DNA of 63,961 nt, filler included, from Octopus bimaculoides (lineage: Eukaryota): NCBI RefSeq assembly GCF_001194135.2. It is 9 parts of 8 records of this genome, joined end to end, with 100 filler letters (N's around TTAATTAATTAA, not from the genome) between each part and the next. Parts side by side here need not be neighbours in the genome. Positions count along the whole stretch, not along the records: positions 1 to 19,860 come from NC_068981.1; positions 19,961 to 40,738 come from NC_068999.1; 7 more parts are not named here. One strand, given 5' to 3'. A program made the translations under genes and the position numbers. The notes under the pieces were generated by a model, which was not told the origin of the DNA, did not search any database, and was given only the letters and a program-made list of their open reading frames with translations. Each line of letters starts with the position of its first letter. The first letter of the stretch is position 1. Positions 14,746 through 25,993 of this stretch are shown here, piece by piece.

Positions 14746-14962
14746 TAAAAGAAAAGGTAATTAAGTATATTTATGCGTTCTTTTGCTGACTCTATTATGT
14801 TTTCTCTGTTTGTATTAAACATTGCGGACGAGTTATATGTGAATCCAAGTATATATCTTCTGTGATGTATGGTACATTTATACCGTTCACTGTTACAATT
14901 GGTTGTATATTAAGTTCCGGTAAGAAATAGACTCTGATTTTGTTATGTGTTGTTACTTTAAG

Positions 14963-15305
14963 TGTGGAGGCGCATAGCTCAGTGCTTAGAGCGTCGGGCT
15001 CACAATCATGAGATACTGAGTTTGATTCCCAAACCAAGCTGTGTGTTGTGTTCTTGAGCAAGACACTTTATTTTCACGTTTCTCCATTTCACTCAGCTGT
15101 AGAAATGAGTTGCGACATTGCTGGCGCTAAGCTGTATCGGCCTTTTCCTTTCCCTTGGATAACATCGGTGGCGTGGAGAGGGGAAGCTGATATGCATGAG
15201 TGACTGCTGGTCTTCTATAAAACAGCCTTACTCGGGCTTGTGCCCCGAAGGGGAACTTTCTAGGTGCAATCCCATGGTCATTTATTGACCGAATGGGGTC
15301 TTTAT
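14963..15305 (+). mobile_element. tRNA-derived SINE family C
   Basis: A-box and B-box-like GGCGCATAGCTCAGTGCTTAG...GAGTTTGATTCCC, followed by GTGTTCTTGAGCAAGACAC...CAGCTGTA. Confidence 0.7.
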
Positions 15306-15338
15306 CCAACAGAAAAGAATCCACCTAGTAATTCGTCC

Positions 15339-16099
15339 TACGAAGGTCAGCTGACAACGAAGGAGTGATGCTAAAGCTATGAAATTTGCATGCATTAATT
15401 AAAACGTTTCTTATTATTATTAACTTCATTGTTTCCCTCCAGGTAAACTGTTTCAAGAAGACTTCAAAAGTAACTCGTAGCGACTTTTCTTGGAAATCGA
15501 CAAAATATGGGATCGTCGTATTATCAAGTGCCTGCAGGAAAATAGTTCAGTCCCTAACGACATTCATACTGACATGGTCGTTGCATTAAGAGATGACGTT
15601 TCAGCTTTATCAAAACTGCAAAAGTGGGCAATCAACTGCCACCAACATGGAAACTATTGAGTTTGTTTATCACAGTAATATACAAATGCTATTAGTATAT
15701 CCCGTAAGAGAGTTGAGAATGTTCTGCACAATGAACTTGGCAGGACGAAGGTTTCTGCTAGGTGGGTGCTACATATGTGACTGTAGCTTTGAGCTGGTTG
15801 ATCACCCTCCCAGTTCTCCTGATTTGGCACCATCTGACTATCATCTGTTTCCTAACATGAAAAAAAAATACTTGGCCGAGAACCAGTATCGCAGTGATAG
15901 TGACGTCATATCTGTCGTTGATAACTTTTTTGAGCAACAGGATGATGACTTCTTCACCAATGGGATCCAAGGACTGCCACACCGATGAAAGAATATGTGG
16001 ACGGCAGGGGGCACTAGTTGAAAAGTAAACTTCATTTAATCACATTCCATGAGAGTGTCCTGGTTAGCCTATGAACTAACTTTTCAACTGATCCTCGTA
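15339..16099 (+). mobile_element. Internally deleted mariner transposon with both TIRs
   Basis: Termini TACGAAGGTCAGCTGACAA and TTTTCAACTGATCCTCGTA; peptide HPPSSPDLAPSDYHLFPNMKK...FFTNGIQGLPHR (mariner YSPDLAP and third catalytic Asp region). Confidence 0.9.
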
Positions 16100-17589
16100 C
16101 AATAACTAATGGCCACACTTTCTTCAAATTCTACCACCTTAAAAATACTGCGCTATCACATTTGTTGTACTGACTCTGCAGATCTTACTGCTGATACTGC
16201 CACACTGGTAGCTGTTGTGTCCGATATCCCAGGTATTATAACTATACTTGACAGTGAGCACTTAGCTATCGTTACAATTCTAAATGAAAAAAAAAAAAAA
16301 AAAGATATCGGAGGGGCGATGCATACCCTGCGCAAGAATAAAATAAAATTTGATCTAATAAATATATTCTCAAATGAATTCGTATTTCAACAAAATGGCA
16401 TCAAGAGTTATTTCCACTGCTTATCGCTTCTGCATATGTAACAAAGAAAAAAAGCATTTTGATTCACCCGTCTGCCAGGTTCGAAGATAATCAAACCAGA
16501 ATTTAATGAGTTTGAGCCAATTCCCCCAACGAGTATTTCTGCCAAATTTGGTGAAAATCTGTTCAGTCTTTTTTCAGTAATTTTGCAAACACACAGACAA
16601 AGATGAGCGATTACAACCCTGGTTCCCTTCTGAGCGTAGGGTTAACAAAGCAAACTTTCATTTAGTGCTCTTATTATTGATATTATTTTTACTGTTACAG
16701 ACATTTCCACTGTTCTTAATAATATTTTAAGTAGTATAAATGCTGCTGCCGGGTTTACTGCTACTGCCACCCTCTACGTGGGCGCATTTATTTTGAAGCA
16801 GTGTCGACGATATTTATTTCTCACACTCAGTAAGAGGTCTGCCATTAACCCCATAACCCTGTAATAATTTCATCGCGCCGAGACATTTTCCTGGTAAAAA
16901 CAACATGGGGTGAAACCTTCTTTGATGTCTATCTAGTAACGGCGCGTGCGTGAAAAATTAAACTTTAGTTCCCTTCGTTAAGGGATTTCCCATCCCCAAA
17001 AATTCAGATAGGCTTCTCGTCCTCTCATCTTTGGTGTGATATAACTTTCAAAATTTCGCCTACGGTTTTCTTGTTGCTGTAGTAATCCAAACTGTCCAGA
17101 AACCCGAAATTTGTTTGTATTTCTGAACTAGACCACCGAAAAGTGCCAGCCTTTTCGTTAAGATTTTGCCAAAGTCTTAAACTCTGTGCTTAGCAGAGTT
17201 TTAGGCCGAAAGTTATCTCTGACGTGTCCCTTGTTGGCGTATTTCTCAGTATTTGCGATGGACATCTGCCAAGAGGTTTCCAAGTAAGTCTGACGTGTAC
17301 CTGTAAAGCTGGTAGGTTCACTATCTAAACTGGGTGATTTACGCCAAATGCAACTATTCGACATCTCTTGTGTTTCAATTGCTATTTTCGGTCTTTTGTA
17401 ATACTTTGCGTATTTTGCCATCGAATGAAGTGCTTCCGGAAAGCCGCACATGTTTATTCGTGTGGATTTGTTGTTACATCGCGCCACTACAGCCCTGACA
17501 ACGCACCTTTTGCCGTTCGCATTAAACAAATAATCGAGGGTTTTCAGTTATGAAACTTAAGCAACCCTTTGCTGTCATACATACATACA

Positions 17590-18040
17590 TACAACCATGC
17601 ACCAGATATAATGATTTGGAATAGATCAGAGAAACTGTGTACAATTGTGGAAATCAGCTGCCCAGCGGATGTTAACATAAAGCTGAAGATCAGTGAAAAA
17701 TAGAATTCCTATACTGAACTATTGAGAAATGTGCAGTTACTCTATCCAGATTACAAGTTCAGGTTTACACCTGTAATTATTGGGGCACTAGGATATGCAA
17801 CCCTAAATACCAATCTTGAGAAATTAAGCTTCTCAAAACTAGAAAGGAGAAAGCTGATTCAAAGACTAATGATCCAAGCCATTGCAGGAACTGTAAACAT
17901 CTGTAAAACTTTCCAGAAATTTATCATTTAAGTGTGTATGAGCATGTCTAGATACGCAAGTATATGCATGAGGAGATATACATAAAATAAAACATACAAA
18001 TCTGAATACATACATACATACATACATACATACATACATG
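17590..18040 (+). pseudogene. R4/Dong-like 3' fragment (RLE domain, stop at 17931, 3' UTR and (TACA)n tail)
   Basis: PDIMIWNRSEKLCTIVEISCP and VIIGALGY...AIAGTVNICKTF; (CATA)n on both sides. Confidence 0.85.
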
Positions 18041-18054
18041 CATAAAAATTCTAA

Positions 18055-18925
18055 CAAACATGCATAGTTTCCGCATAAACAGTGACGTAGACTGCCTCTA
18101 CCTAAAACGTAAACAAAGCGGCAGAGGCTTAACATCGATCCAAAATACTTTTGAATGTCACATCATAGCCCTTCAGCAACATCTTTTAACCAACAAGCGT
18201 CGAAGTGCACCGTTTGAACAAGTTTGCATACATGAGGCTGATAACATCATAAGACTTGAAGGCAGCTCCTTGGAAAACACTCTTTGTCTGACAACCTAGA
18301 ATACATGCCCAAAGAAGTCACATGACTCTACCACAACGTATCATCAGATGAAAGGATAAGCCTATATGAGCAGAAGACTATGCATGGATATGTTAGTAGA
18401 AAGCTCCGTTCTGATACTAACATTGATCATCAAAGCAGTTTATCATGGACCAATAGCTGGATTACTACCTCCCACTTTGAAGGGTATGCGCTTGCAATCC
18501 AGAGACAGGAAATATCAACCAAGTACCTGATGCACAAAAGGGATAGAGATGCAGGTAAAGCCATAAAGTGTGACAACCGATGCAGACTTTGTGGAGCTCA
18601 CACTGAAGATATCACCCACATCATAAGCAGTTGTCCGAAAATGTCATTACAGTATTATCTACCGATGAGACATGACGTTGTAGCTAGGACACTCTATAAT
18701 GAAATCCGTCGGAAGGATAATCCCGAGGACAAAGAAATAAAGCCTATAATATGGTAAAAGCTATAGCCACTAATAATGAAAAGGAATACTGGTGGAATGT
18801 ACCAGTGAAGACCTCAATAAAATGCAAGCACAACAGACCTGATATAATGATTTGGAATAGAGAAGAGAAACTGCACAGTTGAGGAAATTTGCTGCCCAGC
18901 GAATGTTAACATAAAGCTGAAGTAA
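18055..18925 (+). pseudogene. R4/Dong-like middle fragment (post-RT, CCHC knuckle, start of RLE)
   Basis: SDVDCLYLKRKQSGRGL, CRLCGAHTEDITHIISSC and KHNRPDIMIWNREEK. Confidence 0.85.
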
Positions 18926-18974
18926 GAAAACAGCATAGAAAACTTGTGACAGTATGACTTGACTATAAGAAGGC

Positions 18975-19765
18975 ATTTGACTCTATCCTTCATTCATGGC
19001 AGTTGAAGTGCCTACATCTGGCAAAGTACCTACTACCTTAATTGCTGCTATAGAGAGATTCACAAAGACACGGACAACAACAATTCTTAACCTTACAACT
19101 GAGAACAGAATAGTTGTTTCTGATAGTATAAGCATTTCGAAGGGAATATTCCAGGGAGATAGTCTTTCTGTACTTCTTTTCGTTTTGGCACTGAATCCAT
19201 TATCGTTCCTACTGCAGAAAACAAGTGGTTTCATGCTAAGATCTTCAACTGCAAGAAATATCGATGTAACTCATAATTTCATTGTAGATGACCTGAAGAT
19301 TCATGCTAAAAGTGTTAACAATACAAAAAAAACAAAAACAACTAGAACTAATAACAACATTTTCAGCTGATATAGGCATGGAATTTGGCCAAAAGAAATG
19401 TTCATATTTGGTTATATAACGAGGTAAGTCAGTCCCCCAAACTCAAAAACTGTGCATCAACGGTCTCTCTATCCTCCCCATTCCACACAAAGAATGTTAC
19501 AAGTACCTAGGCATAGACGAAAATGTATCATATGCAGGTACTGTGAATAAAGACAGAATGACCCGAGAATATTACACTAGACTTAGGAAAATATGGCAGT
19601 CGGAACTCTCCTCTTACAACAAAACAATATCCCACAATGCATTTGCAGTACCAGTGCTGATCCCAACATTTGGGATACTTGATTGGTCTATAGAAGAAAT
19701 CCACTCCATAGATATCAAAACCTCAAAAATCCTGACAACAACTGGGAACTTCCACAGATGTTGAC
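18975..19765 (+). pseudogene. R4/Dong-like reverse transcriptase fragment
   Basis: SKGIFQGDSLSVLLFVLALNPLS, HNFIVDDLKIHAK, YKYLGIDE and NAFAVPVLIPTFGILDWS. Confidence 0.9.
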
Positions 19766-20735
19766 AATGCTTCCCTAGTAGAAGTGGAGAAAATATCCTA
19801 ATTCAAGAGTGTGGGGACGCGAAAAGAAATAATACATATACTAAGAGCTGCCTAGAGAATNNNNNNNNNNNNNNNNNNNNNNNNNNNNNNNNNNNNNNNN
19901 NNNNTTAATTAATTAANNNNNNNNNNNNNNNNNNNNNNNNNNNNNNNNNNNNNNNNNNNNAACATTGTATTTATATCAAGTTAAATATATGTCCAGTCTG
20001 CGAAACCACTGGTCACTTTATGACCAGACATATATTTAGCTTCATATAAATATATACATACATATATAGATACACGTACAGCATACATACATATATAGCT
20101 GTATGTGTCCTGTGTAATTCTGCTAACCAAACTTAGAATACATAGCTGAGTACTTTCCACTTCGTTCCACCGAATAAAACAATGTGTTTGTGCCTGTGCA
20201 TATATACTTGTGTGTGTGTGTGTGTGTATTCTTTATTTTCGTTTATATAAATATGAATTGATATACATACATAGCATGGTTTTGCGATTAAGAAACAGTG
20301 GAATAGAAGGATGCGACTATCTGCTTTTAACCCATTAAGTCCCAAAGTACTTAAATTTCTGAATATTACTTTAAAATTTTTACAGATGATTGAAAATAGG
20401 TTAAAATTTTAAAAATAATTATTAAAACTCCTTTACTTCAAGTAGAAATGGAAATACTCAATGTCCTATAAATAGGACACTGAGACAATGTGATATAGCT
20501 TATTTAATGTCCTCATTTAGTGTCCTATTTTTGCCTTCCATTCTTTTGAGGTAGAAAAATAAAAAGAACTGTATAAATTGAAGGCAGTAATTGAGTGGAA
20601 CCATTGGAGGGATCGTTAAAGATGCCTTGTGGTATTTGTTTTGGCTCTTTAAATTCTAATGTCATCATTTGTGACAGCACTGATGCAAGTGATGTATCGG
20701 CCCAAGTTGGCGACCTTTCTGTTAAATAAACATTA

Positions 20736-20807
20736 GTACAGTTCTATATTTAAGAGATGAGGAATTATGTACATTACACTGCCTGGAATCGAACTTGGAA
20801 TCATGGG
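20736..20807 (-). mobile_element. Inverted, internally deleted copy of the HHR-SINE (tRNA 3' half fused to the terminal 40 nt)
   Basis: Minus strand reads CCCATGATTCCAAGTTCGATTCCAGGCAGTG|TAATGTACATAATTCCTCATCTCTTAAATATAGAACTG. Confidence 0.75.
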
Positions 20808-20875
20808 CATATGGCGTAGTGGTTAAGAGTGCAGGCTACTAACCCCAAGATTCTGAGTTCGATTCCAGGCAGTGA

Positions 20876-20910
<35 letters not shown>

Positions 20911-21051
20911 TCGAAAAATACCTTAGAAATGAAAACCCAGGATTGAAATTTCCCCAAGACACCTGATGAAGGCTGGAGGGTATATCAGCTGAAACGTTGT
21001 GTTAACAACAAACAAGATGAGGACAAATATCCATCAAATGTAAATAATGTA
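20805..21051 (+). mobile_element. tRNA-headed SINE with internal (AAT)n and a minimal hammerhead ribozyme
   Basis: A box TGGCGTAGTGG and B box GAGTTCGATTCC; body matches 1-170. Confidence 0.85.
20958..21003 (+). ncRNA. Minimal type I hammerhead ribozyme motif
   Basis: GACAC-CTGATGA-A-GGCTG...CAGCT-GAAA-CGTT-GTGTT; same fold as 64-109 with a G-U pair closing stem II. Confidence 0.75.
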
Positions 21052-21630
21052 AGTAATAAACATCAGTGTTGGGAGGAAGGGAGGAGACTTACATCTATGT
21101 CCAGCTGCTGGTCTTCCTGAAAATATCTTGCCCAAGCCTTCACATGCATGTGCAGATGCTTGGTCAGACTTGAGCAACAGATGCATTGTATATGTTATGA
21201 GATAAATATGATCTCTTGTTTGGTTTAACACCATGGGAAACAGGTGTTAAATCATAGTGATGATGGTGATGATAATCTGGACTTTGGCTGCATTTAGCTG
21301 AGTCCACTCTGTCGAAAGCATTTGGAGCAGGTTTCCAGTCCAAGGATAACTTGTTCTTTTGACTCACCTCTTCCAAGGGTCATTGTTTCTGCTTCTCTTA
21401 CTCACCAAATCTGTCTCCGGGATACTTCTAAAGTTGTATCTGACCACTACTTTCCCTTTTCAGACTAAGTCTCTTCTCAATCGTTAATTTGTTTTCTGTT
21501 TTATTATATTGTATGTAATTGTAAAATGTTGATCTCTCTTGTGTGTCAGAGTCTGGTAGGTGTATGTAGCATTTGGTCAACGTACTGGGATAATGAATAA
21601 TGCAGTTGTGTTTTTTGTTTGTTTTTCTAG

Positions 21631-22583
21631 CTGCCATAACGATGCCTTCAACAGCTGCCAGTAAGACCAATGTCGATAGAATTGATGGGAAATTTCATTT
21701 TCCACTTCAGCTGGAAATACAAGGAGAAAAACTGGAAAAACAACAGCAGCTGCCAGTGCAGCAAGAACGACAACTACAGCAGCAGCAGCATCAACGTCTC
21801 AGACTGCAGCAGCAACAACTACGACAAAAACAATATCTGCCACTACATCACCATGAAGTTCATTTAACAGAACCCAAAAGTTTCCATTTATCCCCCACAA
21901 ATAAACAGAAACCTTATCATGAATCTCCAAATTTTGACGTCGGAAAGAAAAATGACCACCGGAAGTTGACAGAAACTCGATCACTTCCTTTCTTGTTGAG
22001 GAGTGAACAAAAAGCATTGGATCAGAGAGCTATTCCGACATCACAAAAAACTGATGCTAAAATCCATTATTATCCATCTAACCATTCAGATGAAGGAGTC
22101 CGGCTGACAGCTGCCAGAAGCCTGGACACTGTCACCTCATTTAACCCAGCTACCACGTCTAAACCTGGCAAGCCGGCATCGGAGCACATTGAAGTGCCAC
22201 TGTCGGCGTTGCGCCACATCAAGTCACCACCTGTTGTCACGGCAAAAGTGTGCGTGAAGACAACGGCTCTGAAGCCAAACCAGCCACGACACCGAGAAGA
22301 AATTCTTGACCTGTTGCCTGGCATTTCTCCCAGTTCTGCATCCAACTCAAAGACATCGGTACATCGGACTGTGTCTGCCAATTCTCCCGTTGTTCTCACT
22401 TCCATCATACCGATTGAACCAAAGATGCAGGCCTCTGAGACTGCACTCACCAACAAACCTACAAGTAGCAAATCCAGTTCGCCATCAGTGACTCCTACAG
22501 ACTCGCTGGACTCCTCATCGTCGGAATTACTCATTCCGCTTGCTCGTTCACCCTCAGATGATCGTCAACCACGTTTTGTTTGA
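21631..22583 (+). CDS. Coding exon of an unidentified low-complexity Gln/Ser/Pro/Thr-rich protein (probably terminal; in-frame ATG at 21642)
   Basis: Longest non-repeat ORF (stop-free from 21600 to 22583); pyrimidine tract plus AG acceptor ending at 21630; mixed CAG/CAA poly-Gln; GC higher than flanks; no recognisable domain. Confidence 0.65.
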
Positions 22584-23259
22584 ATTTTTTTTTTTTTTTA
22601 AATATTTATAAATATTTTTAAAGAAAAAAAGACATCATAATATAAATATAAACAAACAAAAAAATATAAATATATTAGCTGGATGTTTAACATTTATTTC
22701 TTTTTTTCCAACATCCCCCACCCCCATTTTTTATTGTTTTTCTTTTTTTAATTTCATATTTTTTGTGTTTTTCATTTTTCTGGGGGTTTTTAAAAAATTT
22801 TTTGTAAGTTATACAAATATTTCNNNNNNNNNNNNNNNNNNNNNNNNNNNNNNNNNNNNNNNNNNNNNNNNNNNNNNNNNNNNNNNNNNNNNNNNNNNNN
22901 NNNNNNNNNNNNNNNNNNNNNNNNNNNNNNNNNNNNNNNNNNNNNNNNNNNNNNNNNNNNNNNNNNNNNNNNNNNNNNNNNNNNNNNNNNNNNNNNNNNN
23001 NNNNNNNNNNNNNNNNNNNNNNNNNNNNNNNNNNNNNNNNNNNNNNNNNNNNNNNNNNNNNNNNNNNNNNNNNNNNNNNNNNNNNNNNNNNNNNNNNNNN
23101 NNNNNNNNNNNNNNNNNNNNNNNNNNNNNNNNNNNNNNNNNNNNNNNNNNNNNNNNNNNNNNNNNNNNNNNNNNNNNNNNNNNNNNNNNNNNNNNNNNNN
23201 NNNNNNNNNNATTGTTAGGATTCCTGGCGTTCATCCAAGCAGCAGTTTGGCAGATTCAC

Positions 23260-23311
<52 letters not shown>

Positions 23312-23319
23312 AATTTATG

Positions 23320-23881
23320 TCCATCACAAGGGCACTCAAGGCGCTTACCTGCTAGAAAGAGGAGCTAAAACTCTCAGTTAAACCACCAACAACACTGAAA
23401 AAATTCAACAGAAAAACGACCATAGGCAGGCAAACGGGTTAAACAATTTTGACGTACCAAATACAGCACAAAGCTAAATATTTTGGTATTTGGATATACT
23501 TGGATTGTGATTTCTGGTTCTGGCAAAAAGCCTGAACCCTCATCAGCAAGTTTTGCCAGCTGAAAAAGAATCCTTTAACTCGTTACGTTGAAGTCTGCTG
23601 GTGTTCTGAATTGTTTTGTGCCGAAATCAGAACAGCTTCAGCATAAATATACTAATAAGGAATAAATATTCAGAATTGAATATTTATATAGATATTATTA
23701 TTGTTATTATTATCTGCGGTAAATATAAATAGTTGATGATAACAACAACGATAATATAGGTGGTTGCAGGCCTTAAATAGCATTAGATAGCTATAGAATT
23801 AAGATTTAATATTCATATCCATGTAAAGGGCACAGGGCACACAAGGTGCCTACCTGCTAGAAAGAGGAGCTAAAACCCTCA
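23320..23881 (-). mobile_element. ~505-nt HHR-bearing non-coding unit with ~60-nt terminal direct repeat (retrozyme-like candidate)
   Basis: Direct repeats at 23320-23376 and 23818-23881 (period 505); HHR at 23498-23551; homologous to 55783-56406. Confidence 0.7.
23498..23551 (-). ncRNA. Type I hammerhead ribozyme motif
   Basis: Minus strand: ACTTG-CTGATGA-GGGTTCAGGC-TTTTT-GCCAGAACCA-GAAA-TCACAATC-CAAGT; 5-bp stem I, 8-bp stem II with an internal A-A mismatch, short stem III, AUC triplet. Confidence 0.75.
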
Positions 23882-25993
23882 TATATATATATATATATAA
23901 CTACTATATTTTACCCCATTGTCACTTTGATGGCATATGCTGCTCTCTCACTCAATAATAACAATAATAAATTGGGTCTTCTGAATAGACATTTGAATAA
24001 ACTGCATCCTCACAGATGCAGTTTATGGAGAAATTAATAGAATATTTGCGAATTTTTAACCCTTTAGCATTTAAACCTACCATATCGTTGCTGTGGCCAG
24101 TGTCCCCTGACTGGCTCCCATTCTGGTGGCACATAAAAAGCACTATCCGAACATGTGATAGTGGCAACGGCCCTACTTTTTGATGAGTAGGTATTCTAGT
24201 GATTGATTCTCTCTTCAGTGTGGCATTATGCGTGAGAAGGGGTAGATGGGGGGGATGGGTTGGCAAAATTGTTACAGCATCAGACAAAATGCTTTGTGGC
24301 ATTCACTCCAGCTCTTTAAATACGTTCAAAGTTTGCATTTCATCTTTCCAGAGTTGGTCAGGCGTACCAGTGAATTACCAGGATTCATGGAGTTGACTAA
24401 CCCAGCTCCCCTCAAAGCTACTAGCTTTGTACCTAAATCAGAAACAAGAATTACATGCAGGGAGGGTAACCCTGCTGGTGGAGCCCAACTCATAATCCCT
24501 TACACAGGGATGTTTTTGAAACCAACACTGCAAGCTAATGAAACAGTCGTAGGGTGACAGTTGTTCCTGCCGTTTACTAAAGATGGACATTTCCACTTCA
24601 TGGAACCTATTCATTGTTTAGTGGACTGAGGTGCACAAAATGTTGCTGACTGATAGAAGATAAGAACCTCAGACCTTTTGGCTGGCATCCTGTCCACTCG
24701 GCCACCAACTCTGTGTGTGTTATGTTAAATCTTTTACGCCTTACAGAGAATAGACCCTTGATGACTTTTCTTGACTGTTCTCCACTCTGAGCTATCTTTT
24801 CAAGGAAGGCTTCCCTTTTCTAGGTCTTGGTGGTTCTGGATTGTCATTGATGCCTCTGTAGTCTTTGCTGTTCTTTCTAGATGAGGTGAGGTTGGCCCTA
24901 TGCAAACCCATTTTTGCTTCTGGAAAGATTTGGTCCATAATTTTCTGGCCTCTGTCCTTTGACTTGTCTTGCATGGGTGACCTTACCAGAACCTTGTCCC
25001 TTCACCGTCATAGCTCCCAAGGTCATTGAGGCCTGCAAGTCACCACATTGCAGCAAGGACTGGACCCTGTGGTGGACTGTGTGTGTGTATTTGTGTAAAT
25101 GCCTGTGCGTATACATTCATTTGTGTAAATGTGTGTATGCATTCGTGTGTGTGTGTGTGCGTGCGTGTTTCTTTAATCTGCGTCATCCATGTAAATGTGT
25201 ATACATTTGTAAATATGTGTATGTGTACAGGGAAATGTGTGTGTGTGTGTGTGTGTGTATTTGTACAACTGTGTGCATGCACTAGGAATAGTGTGTGTAC
25301 ACACTAAAATATAGTGTGTGTGTAATCTGTAGTATACACACACATGGACACCGATGATGTATATAGAAAATTAATAGTAATTATTATAATTAATGAAATA
25401 TCTCTCGGTGTAACTTAACAGTAGTAATAATGATAATAATAATAATAGTAGTAGTGGTACGTTAGTATTAAAGGGAGATAACTGGAAGTTACTACCCCTA
25501 ATATTACTACTGTACAAATAATTTTAAAGCATTTAAAACATCATAGCTAATGATGCTGTGGTGTTCATTCGTGTTTGTGTTGTCTCGTTATCTATATGTG
25601 GTGTTATAATAATGTTCATCATGTTTTTATTTTATCCATAGAAAGACTTAACAACAAAAATCAAAATGAAATTGTAACTGAAAGTAAATAAAATTTCTTA
25701 AAAATCTATTTATTTAAAACGGAAAAACGAGAAAATCAAAATTAGTAAATAATAATATTATTGTTTCATTAAAATTTTTTAATAATTTATGTTGCTTTCT
25801 GAAGTCTTTGGAGCTGTTTTTGGAAAACAAAATTCCATGTCAAATGGAATTGGTAAGTAACAAATGAGTGATTTGAGAAAAGTTGATTCCTCTTAAAAGT
25901 TTCAATAGTTTTGGTGCAATTCTACTGAAAATTTCCTCACAGATGCAGTTTATGGAGAAATTAATAGAATATTTGCGAATTTTTAACTCTTTA

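Noticed and set aside
14963-15040. tRNA genes (also the heads at 20805 and in families A and B)
   Set aside because: No complete cloverleaf; they continue into SINE bodies.
17158-17529. 123-aa minus-strand ORF
   Set aside because: No recognisable motif or splice signals; may be part of a DNA transposon remnant but is unsupported.
19905-19916. TTAATTAATTAA inside N runs (recurs at about 40783, 41884, 43995, 46578, 56509, 60132 and 62138)
   Set aside because: Identical 12-mer centred in fixed-length N pads: an assembly gap marker, not biology.
21361-21412. Two minus-strand GTGAGT donor-like sites
   Set aside because: No convincing acceptor or coding exon could be linked to them.
22070-22534. 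154-aa antisense ORF
   Set aside because: Shadow of the plus-strand exon; no independent support.
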